DNA of 64,000 nucleotides from NCBI GenBank assembly GCA_964016885.1, contig OZ024741.1, positions 166,408,001 to 166,472,000 of the forward strand, in the 5' to 3' direction. The DNA is from Eledone cirrhosa (Eukaryota). Shown here piece by piece: positions 12,801 through 27,164 of this stretch (position 1 is the first letter of the stretch; every line of letters begins with the position of its first letter). A program made the translations under genes and the position numbers. The notes under the pieces are model-generated. The model saw only the letters and a program-made list of their open reading frames with translations, ran no database searches and was not told the DNA's origin.

Positions 12801-13270
12801 GGACATGCCCCTGCATAGTCCCAACGTGCATCCAGGATACCATTCCAATCCCCCACTAAAAGCAGGGAACGGGACGTCCCTAGAAAAGACTCCAGACGCT
12901 GGAAAAAGTCGGGCCGCTCTGTCCCAAAAGGGGCATATGCGGCTATCAGCCTAAGGGCTCTACCTTCACCACTGCCAAGGTTCAGCACCACCAGTCGACC
13001 CCCTGGGTCCAAGTGAACTATCTGTGTTGCAAGGCCCATATGTTTTTGCAGCAGAACGACAACCCCACCCCCACCTCCGGGCTGACAGAGAGATGCGTGC
13101 ATCTCAAAGTCGTCAAAGGTGGGGGCTAGCTGTCGCATGCTGCTGATCCGGGCCTCGCAGATAACCATCACATTTATAGATTGTGACCTGAGGTCATTTA
13201 GAAGCATTGCTTGCTTCCAAGACGAGCCCAGGCCACGCGCATTTAGACACCCTACTCTTAGCACAGCCAT
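9833..13270 (-). CDS. Tx1-like ORF2 (APE-RT-zinc domain), uninterrupted
   Basis: Track ORF 9833..13294. Probable start is the ATG in CACCAACATGG (MAVLRVG), matching MANIRVG of the other copy. Same motifs (GDWN, SDH, QGCPLS, YADD, CPRC..H..HC). Confidence 0.95.
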   Translation of the reverse strand: MAVLRVGCLNARGLGSSWKQAMLLNDLRSQSINVMVICEARISSMRQLAPTFDDFEMHASLCQPGGGGGVVVLLQKHMGLATQIVHLDPGGRLVVLNLGSGEGRALRLIAAYAPFGTERPDFFQRLESFLGTSRSLLLVGDWNGILDARWDYAGACPDREGCNSLKGLLGRFDLADRFRLDFPTVPTWSWSNRSGSSRSYLDRFLVRNKDRDFLSCPEMLMVGYSDHKLVTCMVNLDRTHRQGPGYWKLNLSLPASRAYRNRIGTLVKERLTGAIVNSRWWVSLKREIRVVSIEFSKVLAADRNRKERELIDRVEEAIRSGDVARVLASRTALSQFFDAKHEGCVVRSKIRALGNEGAKAVSWARVTEANSGTKSTIRSLRDLDGRAILEPKQMCEAFQRHFARLFGRGGEPVGNVDFGPYLDGLPRLSDREAKSCEEPISAAEIEDVLGQCGKRKSPGLDGLPYELYLAMPDLFPDLLEAVYCNWQQNGRIPCTVTKGVVTLVRKDENKGDEISNFRPITLLNTELQILAKVLAKRLALVVGNLVGDAQTCAIPSRSIHDNLHLMRYIIERVGNEPGFGGALINLDQSKAFDRVDHGYLDAVLAAAGFGPVFRGWITAMHSSRICSRVKVNGYLSEPFKIARSIRQGCPLSSLLYVLTLEPLLRKLELLQGIPLEPGLRKAVSAYADDVTVMVSTASEIEAVGTLLEEYEKFTGAKLNRDKSIGLQLGTWRGRPMPSDGVVGRWTEGPVKLLGVWFGPDLQVEKNWAEVTNRVFALTQKWASCKLSLKGRAEVANTYIASVIYYRLTVVPCPRETLTKMERALFQFLWKGRAPMVRRSICCQHPSKGGLGMPWLMMRKHALRLRHLYVFLTGQPVWASFVRRTFPRLVSLTELQSWVKQRPRKLGAWHTECAQALTALWQADPVISGDSTATFYRGLVRSRCDDALGEALDMEEDELASLFGRTFSPGPMDNFQKSLAWQCYRGALPVRERLYRHGRPGRDPAKKICPRCVCDEETVAHALVHCSGVADLWGYVEQLLSRVGPIRLTTESIVMIKPPPPFKDEAEAVFLCVIAMAKEVVWWTRLKGLRSGTFLSGQQLVRFFRYHFGRRIRMEREVLHPSRFYERWVKVARMARVNGPSLYISL

Positions 13271-13294
13271 GTTGGTGGTAAAGAGAAAAGGCAC

Positions 13295-13770
13295 TTACCT
13301 CTCTGCGTCCCGGGAAACGGGCCGCTCAATTTCCATGCTGGTTGGGGATGGGTTGTTGGGTGGGGTTGTGGTTTGTGGAAGTGAAGGGGCATCGGTGTGT
13401 TGTGGGGTTGGGGTGTTTGTCGTTGAGTGGATGTCTGGGTGGGGGGGGGGTGAACTTTTTTAGGAGGACGCGGTTGATTGGTTTGGCGCAGGGGGGGGCC
13501 CACGTCCTCCGTGAAATTTATTTTCAGTGTTTTGTACAAGTGCATTGGGACTTTTATCATTTTCAAATGAGGTAGTCCCACAGCAGTTATAAAGTTTGGC
13601 CCTTCAGTTTGGACCGAAGGGTTTGCTGAAATTGTTTTCCGTAATTCTTTGTTGTCTGTGTTCATGTATGTGTATTGTAAGGTCTTTTTTTGTGTAGCAG
13701 TTAGTGTTGTGTGACAGGGAGGGGTGGTTTGTGTGTAGTTTGTGTTCTCTTGGGGGGGATTAAAGTTAAC
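13295..13770 (-). pseudogene. Truncated Tx1 ORF1 C-terminus with a 1-bp frameshift
   Basis: YTYMNTDNKELRKTISANPSVQTEG aligns to YSYINTENKTLMETITNDPSVFTEG. Removing one base of the G8 run (13491-13498) restores CAKPINRVLLK..SMEI, versus CVKPLNRVLLK..PMEI in the + copy. Confidence 0.8.
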
Positions 13771-13882
<112 letters not shown>

Positions 13883-14025
13883 GTGGGTTGATAGTTAGAT
13901 TGAGAGACAGACAAAAAAGATAGAGATAGAAAGAGACAGACTGAGAAAGGAAAGGTGTGCTGGTGAACAAATAGGAGAGGAGAATGTGATACAGAAGGGG
14001 ATCTCATCCTCCTCATCCCCCACCT

Positions 14026-14715
14026 CTTCTTCTTCTTCGCACACTATTCCTGACAGTGCCGTGCGTGGGGAGTCCTCAAGTACTCTTTCCAATAAGCCCT
14101 ACCAGAAGCAACCATCTCCAATTGATTCGGCTGGATCCCCAAGCATGACCAGCCAAGTTCATGGATGTTATCCAACCATCTTGTTCAAGGTCTACCCCTG
14201 GGTCTCCAGTCGGTTGGTTTTCCTCGTAGAATCTGTCCAACGATTCTTTTCTAAGACATTCTAACGACACGTCAGTAATATCGGAGCTGTGGTCTTTCCA
14301 TTCTAAGTAGCGGCTCTAGCTTGAGCGACTCTCTGATCTCTGAGCTATGCACTCAATCAAATAACGTTACTCTCACGACCCTTCTGAGGAACCCCATTTC
14401 GGTCGCTTGTCTTCGCGTTCGTAATATTTCGGTCAATACCCAAGATTTATGACTATAGGAAAGAGTTGACCCGAAACCGAATTGAAGATAGCAAATGTGG
14501 CTTTTACACCTACCTCCCTTTTTCTGATTACTGAATACTGAAGATGGTGCATTACTGCACCAGCTCCTGTAATTCTAGCACTTAATTCAGCCTCCTGCCT
14601 TCCATCACTGATGAACACGGCGCCGAGATACTTGAACATCTCCACATGCTTCAGTCTAACTTCACTCACATGTAGAATGCACTGGCCAGGCATCTTTGAA
14701 AGGACGAGTGACTCA
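14026..14715 (-). mobile_element. RTE-like LINE 3' fragment with short (GAA)n tail
   Basis: VEMFKYLGAVFISDG..ARI (ORF 14433..14693); PGVDLEQDGWIT-like terminal region homologous to 797-950. Confidence 0.75.
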
Positions 14716-15428
14716 GAAGGAGGAGATAACTATTTAAATTCGAAGGTGTTCGTACAATAGTGCCTTACTGTATATAAAAGAAAAAGAAAAAGAAAAAGAA
14801 AAAGAAAAAGAAAAAGAAAAGGAATAGGTGGCGTTCAAACGTCTCCTAAACCAATGATTGAAATAGATACGTAGCCTTGCTTTCTCAGACATTTCCTCTT
14901 ATATTACAGGCAAACACCAACCCACATGTATACACACACAAAAACAACACACCCAGAGACACACACACATACATATACACACATACACACATCCACAGAT
15001 ACAGACAAACAAATAATCAAGCTATTACGTCTGGAACACATATAAATTGATACAAGCTGTTAAATTATTCACATAATAAATAGCCACACATTTCTTTAGC
15101 AGATACGAAAAGATGTGAGACATTTTGAATTAAGGCCGAGCCAAAGGATTCAACAATGAAAGAAACAACGAGTAACTTTCACATTCTTTCAATATAAAAA
15201 CCACAAATTACACTAAATGAATCTTTAGCTACAAAAGAAAAATGATATATATATATTTATATATATATATATATGTATGTATGTATATATATATATATGT
15301 ATGTATGTATGTATATATATATATATATGTGTATATATATAAGTATGTATATATAAATGTATATGTATATATATATACATATATATATATATACAGTATA
15401 TATATGTACGTATGTATATATATATATG

Positions 15429-15499
<71 letters not shown>

Positions 15500-15568
15500 A
15501 TGTATGTATATATATGTGTATATATATAAGTATGTATATATAAATGTATATGTATATATATATATATT

Positions 15569-15614
<46 letters not shown>

Positions 15615-15683
15615 AGTATGTATATATAAATGTATATATATATATATAAATACATATATATACAGTATATATATGTATGTATG

Positions 15684-15717
<34 letters not shown>

Positions 15718-15879
15718 TACGTACATATATATACTGTATATATATGTATTTATATATATATATATATATATATACTGTATATATATGTATTTATATATAT
15801 ATATATATATACTGTATATATATGTATTTATATATATATATGTATTTATATATATATATATATATACTGTATATATATG

Positions 15880-15989
<110 letters not shown>

Positions 15990-16033
15990 TACGTACATAT
16001 ATATACTGTATATATGTATTTATATGTATGTCA

Positions 16034-16638
16034 GGTCACCAGTTGGTGCTACTGGTAACAAGTATCCCAGTACAACCTGTCTCATGGTCTGGTCGTTGGC
16101 AACTAAACTGGCAACCCCACCAAGGTTTCTTGGTGAGGAGGGTGACTTTGGACATCCTGCAGGACTAAAAACAAAACCTGTCAAAGGGCAAAGGACCTCT
16201 TAAGAGTCAATGGCCTTCCAAAATCACCGGGAGAGATGACCCCTTAGCCTTTGTCAAGGCAGAATTCTAGGAGAAGGAAAACTCTGATATAACACCTGCA
16301 ACCCTGATGGTATCCAATGATGTTGACTTGTTCTTCTTTTTGGTAAATATCATCTTGGTTAAGAGAGTGGGACTGGCTTTGTGCAGTGCCTTTGTTCACT
16401 TTAAAAGCTTCACGGCACAGGCATTGCTTTATATCTGGAGATCTCGCTGCACTTGTCGTCACATGGTACCATGGGCCCAGCACTATGTGTCAATAATTGT
16501 CACAAGTGTAGTGTTTGTACCAGAGTTTTCAAGTCACTGGCTGGACTAAAAAATAACACTCATTCAGCGCATCGGTAGGGGTTCTCCTTCATGGATATAA
16601 AGTAGTGGCCGTACTCGAAAACGAGTTGGCAGCCACCA
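16034..16638 (+). mobile_element. Non-autonomous RTE-derived element (~605 bp), copy 1
   Basis: Near-identical to 36512-37112 and 55534-56138. The 3' part encodes the RTE-type terminal C2H2 finger [23 protein letters not shown] (family consensus). Confidence 0.75.
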
Positions 16639-16647
16639 TATATATAA

Positions 16648-16690
<43 letters not shown>

Positions 16691-16723
16691 CATATATATA
16701 TATAAATACATATATATATATAA

Positions 16724-16782
<59 letters not shown>

Positions 16783-16825
16783 CATATATATATATAAATA
16801 CATATATATATATAAATACATATAT

Positions 16826-16862
<37 letters not shown>

Positions 16863-17650
16863 AATACATATATATATATATATATATAAATACATATATA
16901 TATATAAATACATATATATATATATATATATAAATACATATATATATAGAGAGAGAATTAAAAAAAATCAAAGCTGTGTTCAAAGCATTTATTCACTTAC
17001 AATTGTTTCATCCAAACCTAGGCATAGAATCTTCGGAGCATTTTTCAAAGTTTGTACATATAATTGACTTCCTATCCAACGCAGGAGATACACATATATA
17101 GATATATATATTGATGTACAGTGCAGTGACATATATTATACTATACTATATTTGTACAGCAATTCAAATTTAAAATTAAAATTAAAATACATGCGGCAGA
17201 TAACACAGATAATGTAAGAGGATAGTTTGCTAATCAGATCTAGTAGATAGTGTATGCGTTAGTCACACATGGAGCATGCAAGTGTGTCTCATTTATATAC
17301 GATTATTGTGTGGCAAGGTGTTACATGTAAAGCAAGCACTTTAAGCGGGTAAACCAGAGTATTATGGTGGTTGTAGTGGTAGGGTATTTTTTGTATAGAT
17401 CAAAAAAATATGTGTGCAGAAAAAGAAAAAGAAAAACGTTTGGATGAAACAATTGTAAGTTAATAAATGCTTTGAACATAGCTTTGATTCTTGTGAATTC
17501 TATATAACTGCTCTGTAGAACAACTGATGTTATTACATTGAGCTATTTATCTTACTGGTAATAAGGTAGTCATAAATTACTGACCTTCACTGTTTAAGGT
17601 TTAAAATATACATAACTATAAATAGTATCCTTAATATTATATATATATAA

Positions 17651-17725
<75 letters not shown>

Positions 17726-17786
17726 CATATATATATATATATATATATTTAAATACATATATATATATATATATATATTTAAATAC

Positions 17787-17818
<32 letters not shown>

Positions 17819-17883
17819 GTATGTATGAATGTATGTATGTATGTCAATGTATGTATGTATGTCAATGTATGTATGTATGTAAT

Positions 17884-18316
17884 GTCAATGGCCATCCAAA
17901 ATCAACGGGAGAGATGACCCCTTAGCCTTTGTCAAGGCAGAATTCTAGGAGAAGGAAAACTCTGATATAACACCTGCAACCCTGATGGTATCCAATGATG
18001 TTGACTTGTTCTTCTTTTTGGTAAATATCATCTTGGTTAAGAGAGTGGGACTGGCTTTGTGCAGTGCCTTTGCTCACTATAAAAGCTTCACGGCACAGGC
18101 ATTGCTTTATATATGGAGATCTCTCTGCACTTGTCGTCACATGGTACCATGGGCCCAGCACTATGTGTCAGTAACTGTCACAAGTGTAGTGTTTGTACCA
18201 GAGTTTTCAAGTCGCTGGCTGGACTAAAAAGTCACACTCGTTCAGTGCATCAGTAGGGGTTCTCCTACATGGATATAAAGTAGTGGCCGTACTCGAAAAC
18301 GAGTTGGCAGCCACCA
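17884..18316 (+). mobile_element. Non-autonomous RTE-derived element, 5'-truncated copy 2
   Basis: Same 3' end (TTGGCAGCCACCA) followed by (TGTA)n. 5' truncation is typical of target-primed reverse transcription. Confidence 0.75.
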
Positions 18317-18330
18317 TGTATGTATGTATG

Positions 18331-18362
<32 letters not shown>

Positions 18363-18471
18363 TGTATGTATGTATGTATGTATGTATGTATGTATGTATG
18401 TATATATATATATGCACATACATACATATATATATCTATGTATTGATATATATATATATATATATATATGC

Positions 18472-18534
<63 letters not shown>

Positions 18535-18599
18535 TACATATATGTATATATATATACATACATATATGTATATATATATACATATATATATATATATGC

Positions 18600-18642
<43 letters not shown>

Positions 18643-18674
18643 TACATATATATATATATATATATATATGCACA

Positions 18675-18710
<36 letters not shown>

Positions 18711-18731
18711 TACATACATATATGTACATAC

Positions 18732-18791
<60 letters not shown>

Positions 18792-19484
18792 CATTAATCA
18801 CCTTATAAATATCGGACCACATCTTATTGTTCGACAGCCTGAAATAAATCAGGAGAAAAAATAAATAAAATAAGTGGATATCGATGAAACTCCATCGGTA
18901 TCGCCTCTATGTATTCCAGTTGTTCGATCAACGGGAAAGTCTGCTGATGAAATTAACGTGTAAGTGACTGAGCATTCCACAGACAAGTGTACCCATAACG
19001 TAGATCTTAGGGAGGCTCAGTGTGACACAATATGTAACAACACTGGCCCTTTAAATCATAGGTACAGTCGAAGACTTCCAAACAGTTTCTGTCTACCCAA
19101 TTTCATTCACAAAACCCGATGCTATGGTAAATAACACTTGCCCAAGATCTACGCAGTGGGATCGAACCCTCGACCTAATGTTTATGAAGTGGACATCTTA
19201 GCCATTTGGCCATGCTGTATCTACAAGTGACCATATCAATAAATGATCAAACAAAGATAAAATTTCTTTACTGTGTTGAGTTTTTAGTTTTATTTTATTT
19301 CTAGGTAATGGCTGAGAAGATTGTTATTTAGTGGATATGTGTTTCTTTATAATAAATAATAGGCGATTGTCGATTTGGCTGTTTATATATATATACATAT
19401 ATATATAAACTGGGCATATCAGAGTATTGACGGAGTTAAACACCTCGACAACATGTGTACCCGTCTCTACCACACCAATTCCGT

Positions 19485-19537
19485 CTGCCTGAAGAGGTCA
19501 CAGCCAAAGATAGCTGTCACCGAAATATAGATAGCAG
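19485..19537 (+). ncRNA. Type I minimal hammerhead ribozyme
   Basis: ctgc-CTGAAGA-ggtcacagc..gctgtcacc-GAAA-tataga-TA-gcag, followed by AATAAA. Confidence 0.75.
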
Positions 19538-19579
19538 TAATAAACGAAGCCAAATTTTAAATATTTGACTTATTTATTT

Positions 19580-19643
<64 letters not shown>

Positions 19644-19719
19644 CGAAGGAAATGTGGTAAGGAACCAGGTGGACCATAACGCACCAAAGTACTCAATACT
19701 TAGGGTAGTAGAGTGGGTA

Positions 19720-19820
19720 ATAGGAACCAGTAAGACCCCGACGGCTGAGCTCAAGCCGTTTCGACGGCTAATTCTGGACTCAGAAACGGCTTGAGCTCAG
19801 CCGTCGGGGTCTTACTGGTT

Positions 19821-19825
<5 letters not shown>
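19720..19825. repeat. Perfect 43-bp fold-back of a pLTR fragment (3' half of an HHR)
   Basis: Arms 19720-19762 and 19783-19825 contain GAAA-cggct..agccg-TC. Relatives at ~45003-45052 and ~39857-39992. Confidence 0.85.
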
Positions 19826-19869
<44 letters not shown>

Positions 19870-20206
19870 AGTAAGGTTGCTTCGATGCGTCCATAGGCGG
19901 TATGCCGGTTGAGCACTCTGTGGGTATGGGTGTATATGAGTAGGCCGACGGGCAAGCCAGGGAATGGCAAAGCAGTTCGTAACACCCCTCGCCCAACTTG
20001 CAGTAATTCCTGGCGACAGAATTAAGGTGAGTGACAGCTCACGCCTGAATGGAAATGGTCAGTGGGCAGATTTGAATGGTCAAACACACAAATGACATCG
20101 CGAACTATCAACCAATCGACGGGCCGCGCAAACAGGATGATGGCAGATGATAGATATTCGAAGGGTCGGAGTCCAGCAAAAAGAGTATTTGCTTCGAAAT
20201 CACTAG

Positions 20207-20299
20207 ACGTATCTGAAGAACTTGCGAATCCAGAGTCAGGTTCGATCCACAAACAGATCGCACCTCGAGCTGTTCGCCGGAGAAACAATTCTAATACGT
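20207..20299 (+). ncRNA. Type I hammerhead ribozyme with extended stem II
   Basis: acgtat-CTGAAGA-(~60 nt, gcgaa/ttcgc stem)-GAAA-caattc-TA-atacgt, followed by AATAAA. Confidence 0.7.
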
Positions 20300-20338
20300 A
20301 ATAAATTGTGTTCCGATGTATCACTGATTCTTCGTTTT

Positions 20339-20383
<45 letters not shown>

Positions 20384-20526
20384 GGTGGGTGTATATATGT
20401 ATGTATATATATATATGTATATATATATATGTATGTATATATATGTATATATATATATGTATATATATATATGTATATATATATGTATATATATATGTAT
20501 GTATATATATGTATATATATATATGT

Positions 20527-20598
<72 letters not shown>

Positions 20599-20653
20599 AT
20601 ATATATATGTATGTAGGTATATATATATATATAAATATGTATATATATGTATA

Positions 20654-20708
<55 letters not shown>

Positions 20709-21048
20709 CTATATATATATATATATTTACCTGGTAGTTTTGAAGAGGCGTGATGCAATTGTTAGGCTGTATCTAGTGGATAAGTATCAAATACACACAA
20801 ACACGCACACACACATATATATATATATATGTATTTATATAAACCGCAGGGATACAGTATACCTATTGTAAACAAATTTGTGTGTGGTGGTGGAGGGCGT
20901 GTGTGTACAAGTACATTTTACCTCGGTTAATATCTGTAAAAGTGACAGTCCCAAGTTTAGCATATGTAACAATGATAAAAGGAGACATTGTGAGTTCGAA
21001 GTGACACGGACGAGGGAAACATCCTATTCATATATATACATTATTTTA

Positions 21049-21094
<46 letters not shown>

Positions 21095-21100
<6 letters not shown>

Positions 21101-22180
21101 TAAAATAACAGATTAAAGTTTAAGCAAAGAATCGCTGCTTTCACCCTTAACGGGATCTTCTGAAACTAACAAAGTCAATCTGTAAACGCAGAACTGGATA
21201 TTTAAAAAAACGTTGCAACCGGAGGAAGACAGGAAGACGATACTTTGGTTCGTGGTAACGTTCGCTGGCAAAGAACGGGAAAAAACGAATAATACGTCAT
21301 TAATAGGAGCGGTGAAAAACAATTACGCGCAAAGACAAAACCACGTTTATGGTATAAAAGAGGTCGTAGACTAATGTTCTCTTAGGTGGTGCATAGAGAC
21401 GTTCTCTGGCAATGAACGAAAATACGAAGATAATAAGTCATATGTGGAGCGTGGAGAACAATAGCACGCAAAGACAAAACCACGTAAATGGTATTGCAGA
21501 AATCGTAGACTAAAATTCTAACTAGGAGACCAAATGAATCTCCACTACAGAGTTAAGAACAAAGTAAATAAATACAATACAGAGATAATAGAAACAAATA
21601 AATACATACACGCAAACAGATACGTACATACACAAGCATACGCAAAACCTTACCATGGGTATACAAAACCACGCACATATAAATATGTGTGTGTGTGTAT
21701 GCTTGTGTACAAATAAATAAATAATTATATAAACGTATATAAGTAAATAAATACGTATATAACAAGCGCACACGCATACCTACATATAAATACACGAATG
21801 TTCGGAGACGTAAGTCAACTAAAACAAGAAGTACACATATACACACACCCACCATACGTACGAACCTGCACACTCACGCGGACGCAAAACTCCCGAATAC
21901 ACATAGCCAAACCCTAAATACCAGAATATGTAAAAATTATACGCTATAACAGTCAAATATACGTACGAGAAGGTATACATACCTTCACAAAACATACGGG
22001 TAATATATACTTACCTATGCAAATAAGTAAAGGAATAAACAAAACATATACTTAGCTCCCACATCAAGACGTAAAATATCCACGTATAGATCGTGCTATC
22101 CGTTAGGGTATAACGTGGGGCTGTAATACAGGAAAGTTTTGTGCAATTTATGTTTACAAGCCGAAATTGCCTCAGATTTT
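21095..22180 (-). mobile_element. 5'-truncated Penelope-like element (last codons + 3'UTR)
   Basis: 22130-22180 translates KSEAISACKHK (PLE terminal motif). The 3' end is repeated at ~24687-24745. (TA)n flanks. Confidence 0.55.
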
Positions 22181-22204
22181 ATATATATATATATATATAT
22201 ATAC

Positions 22205-24182
<1,978 letters not shown>

Positions 24183-24807
24183 AGGTGCATGGCTTAGTGG
24201 TTAGAGCAGTAGGCTTGCAATCGAAAGGTTGTCAGTTCAATTCTCGGACCAGGTGATGTGTTGTTTCCTTGAGCAAGACACTTTATTTCACGTTGCTCCA
24301 GTTTACTCAGCTGAAAATGAGTACCAGCAATAGCTGGAGGTTTAACCCTGCGATGGACTGGCGTCCTTTCCAAGGGAGAGTCTTGTATTCTCAGTCGCTT
24401 CACGCCATGAAACCGTGATAAGCAGCAGCCAAATGGGCCTTCTAGCTTAAGACAGACTTTAGACTTACGGCCTGCCCGCCCAGCCAGTGGGATGGAGTCA
24501 TCATATGGCTAAAACAAAACGTGGTTGGTCGGTCAAGGTGATCAAGGTGATATATATATATATACTATATATATATATATATATATATATAGTAATAATA
24601 ATAATAATAATAAATGTGAAGACTAAAATCCAAAGAGGGCTCGATAGGGATAAATATATATCAGATATATAAGAACCGTAGAGCAAATATTTATTAAAAT
24701 AACAGATTAAAGCAAAGAATCGCTGCTTTCACCCTTAACGGGATCTGAAATAGCGATGTATGTATAGTAATACTATACATACATTCATATATATATGTAT
24801 ATATATA

Positions 24808-25302
24808 CAGAGTGTCCCCAAAATGTATGCGCACTTTGATTATCTGTACAGGAAATATCTATTAGAATGCTGTTGAAGTGAGTATACATTTTTTGGCAGT
24901 TATTCCAAAAATATTCGCTTCGTATATATATATATATATATGTGTATATATATATATATATACACACGAAGCGATTATCATACTCTTCCATAACCACCAT
25001 ATCATACTCTTCCATATATATACGAAGCGAATTGGTGGTTGTGGAAGAGTATGATAAACACGACAAATACCAATAATTCTGGTTAGATATACAACTTGAC
25101 TTCACTTCAGTAAAAAGGAAAAAGGATATGATTATTTCAAATAATAAATATATATAGTTTGATTGCAGTATTCAAAAAGCTTCTGCGATGTTCCCTTAAT
25201 AAGTGACAAGCCGTAGTCAGACAGTATGTACCAGCATAAGTAGAGAGAGAGAGAAAGATAGAGAGAGAGAGAGAAAGATAGAGGGAGAGAGAGCCAGAGA
25301 GA

Positions 25303-25359
<57 letters not shown>

Positions 25360-25530
25360 TCTGATGGTGACACGACGATAATGTGGATTGAATAAGGAAT
25401 CTACAAGTCTGATGAGACATCGATTCCAGTATCGGGCCCGATCGATACCGATCACACATTGAGCTGATCCTTTGCATTACACGTAAATAAACATAACGAT
25501 GCAATATTGATACCTCGTTCCTGCTCCATA

Positions 25531-25561
<31 letters not shown>

Positions 25562-25680
25562 GATGTCTCTGTCATTGGTGTTATTTAACCGGAATAATTG
25601 CCAAAAAATGTATACACACTACAACAGCGTTGAATATTTCCTGTACAGATAATCAACGTGTGCATTTTGGGGACACTCGG
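24808..25680. mobile_element. Tc1/mariner-type MITE with ~100-bp imperfect TIRs
   Basis: TA-CAGAGTGTCCCCAAAA..TTTTGGCAGTTATTCC (24808-24906) versus GGAATAATTGCCAAAA..TTTTGGGGACACTC (25591-25678). Confidence 0.7.
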
Positions 25681-26672
25681 ATTGCAAATGACCAAGTTAG
25701 CTAGGTTGAAAGAATACTAATTTAACATAATATGGTTTGCCTGTCTCGATTTAAAATAATAAATCAATAAAAATAACAAACCTATATTGGCAATGGCCGT
25801 GATACCTGGACAAATTTTAAATCTGTTTGACAAATTTCAAATTTGTTTCGCAACAATTAAGTGAAAGTTACTATCCCTGTGCTCTTCTGCAGGTATCCAG
25901 AAATTGGTACCTTCCACTTCAAAATACTTAAGAAGACTGAGAAACATGTGTTGTTGAACGCACGTGTGTCAGTGCCTAACTCGTCTCATATCCGCGCCGC
26001 TAAAAATAGCAGTCGGTTTTATGGGACTAAAAAATAAGCTCAACACATGGAGCCGTAAATATTGAGTTATAAACTCGAAATAGTCTTTTACAATTAAATA
26101 GCTCAAAGAAGGGAATATTTCTGTGCCGTGTAATAAAATTGAATATATGAGGGATGAACATCTATACAATTTACGGCTCCATGCGTTGAGCTAATTTTTT
26201 AGTCCCATAAAACCGACTGCTATTTTTAGCGGCACGGATATGAGACTAGTTAGGCGCTGACACACGTGCGTTCAACAACACATGTTTCTCGGTCTTCTTA
26301 AGTATTTTGAAGTGGAAGGTACCAATATCTGGATACCTGCAGAAGAGCACAGGGATAGTAACTTTCACGTAATTGTTGCGAAACAAATTTGAAATTTGTC
26401 AAACTGATTTAAAGTTTGTCCAGGTATCACGGCCATTGCCAATATAGATTTGTTATTTTTATTGATTTATTATTTTAAATCGAGACTTGCAAACCATATT
26501 ATGTTAAATTAGTATTTGTTCGACCTAGCTAACTTGGTCATTCGTAATCCGAACACCTCTAGAATTGTATAGATGTTCATCCCTCATATATTCATTTGTA
26601 TTACACGGCTCAGAAATATTCTCTTCTTTGAGCTATTTAATTGTTAAAGACTATTTCGAGTTTATAACTCAA
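25677..26672. repeat. Permuted inverted duplication (A'-B'-A-B) of a PLE pLTR-like unit
   Basis: A' 25677-26060 is the reverse complement of A 26169-26552. B' 26061-26170 is the reverse complement of B 26563-26672. A carries a degenerate HHR (CAGAAGA..GAAA caaat/atttg TC) and is homologous to 47745-48100. Confidence 0.85.
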
Positions 26673-26975
26673 AATGTGATATATATATATATTTCTCTCT
26701 CGTCTACGATTTCACAGAACTTATGTTCATCGATTTCAGGGACTTGACTCCTTCTTCCTCACTTTTCGTTGCATTACCATCTTTGTTTGTTTACTATCTC
26801 GCTCGTTCCCCCTATTTATGTGTCCCAACGACTTTCTTTAGCCGTTGCTCGCACCAACCAGAGGTATATGGTCTTTAAAGCGATGAAATACCAATGAAGG
26901 CTCGAAGATCACAGATGAAGGACTAAATTTATTCATATGTAACCCATTTGCAACCACGCAGCACGCCATGTTTTC

Positions 26976-27024
<49 letters not shown>

Positions 27025-27079
27025 CCAAGTATCGATTACTTAGCTGAACATGGTCTTACTAGTTTAAACTGGAAGCCCC

Positions 27080-27164
<85 letters not shown>

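Larger units (their letters stand above)
9570..13770 (-). mobile_element. 5'-truncated Tx1-clade non-LTR retrotransposon (second subfamily) inserted in (GATA)n
   Basis: Complete ORF2, ORF1 C-terminus only, and a 3'UTR homologous to the + copy. (GATA)n on both sides (~9465-9568 and 13771-13882), i.e. (TATC)n on the element sense strand. Confidence 0.93.

Noticed and set aside
9739-13463. Antisense and alternate-frame ORFs conserved between the two Tx1 copies (e.g. MIRAPPKPG..)
   Set aside because: Shadow ORFs expected from a GC-rich conserved ORF2.
16244-16549. Repeated 79-80 aa ORFs as a small gene family
   Set aside because: They lie within the multi-copy RTE-derived element, on both strands, and are disrupted in some copies.
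21125-21170. CAGAAGA-tccc..gggt-GAAA HHR-like motif on the minus strand
   Set aside because: Mutated core and no stem I; at most a relic, so not counted.
25409-25460. CTGATGA motif as an HHR (also 14608, 18946, 39725)
   Set aside because: No properly placed GAAA/TH or stem I pairing.
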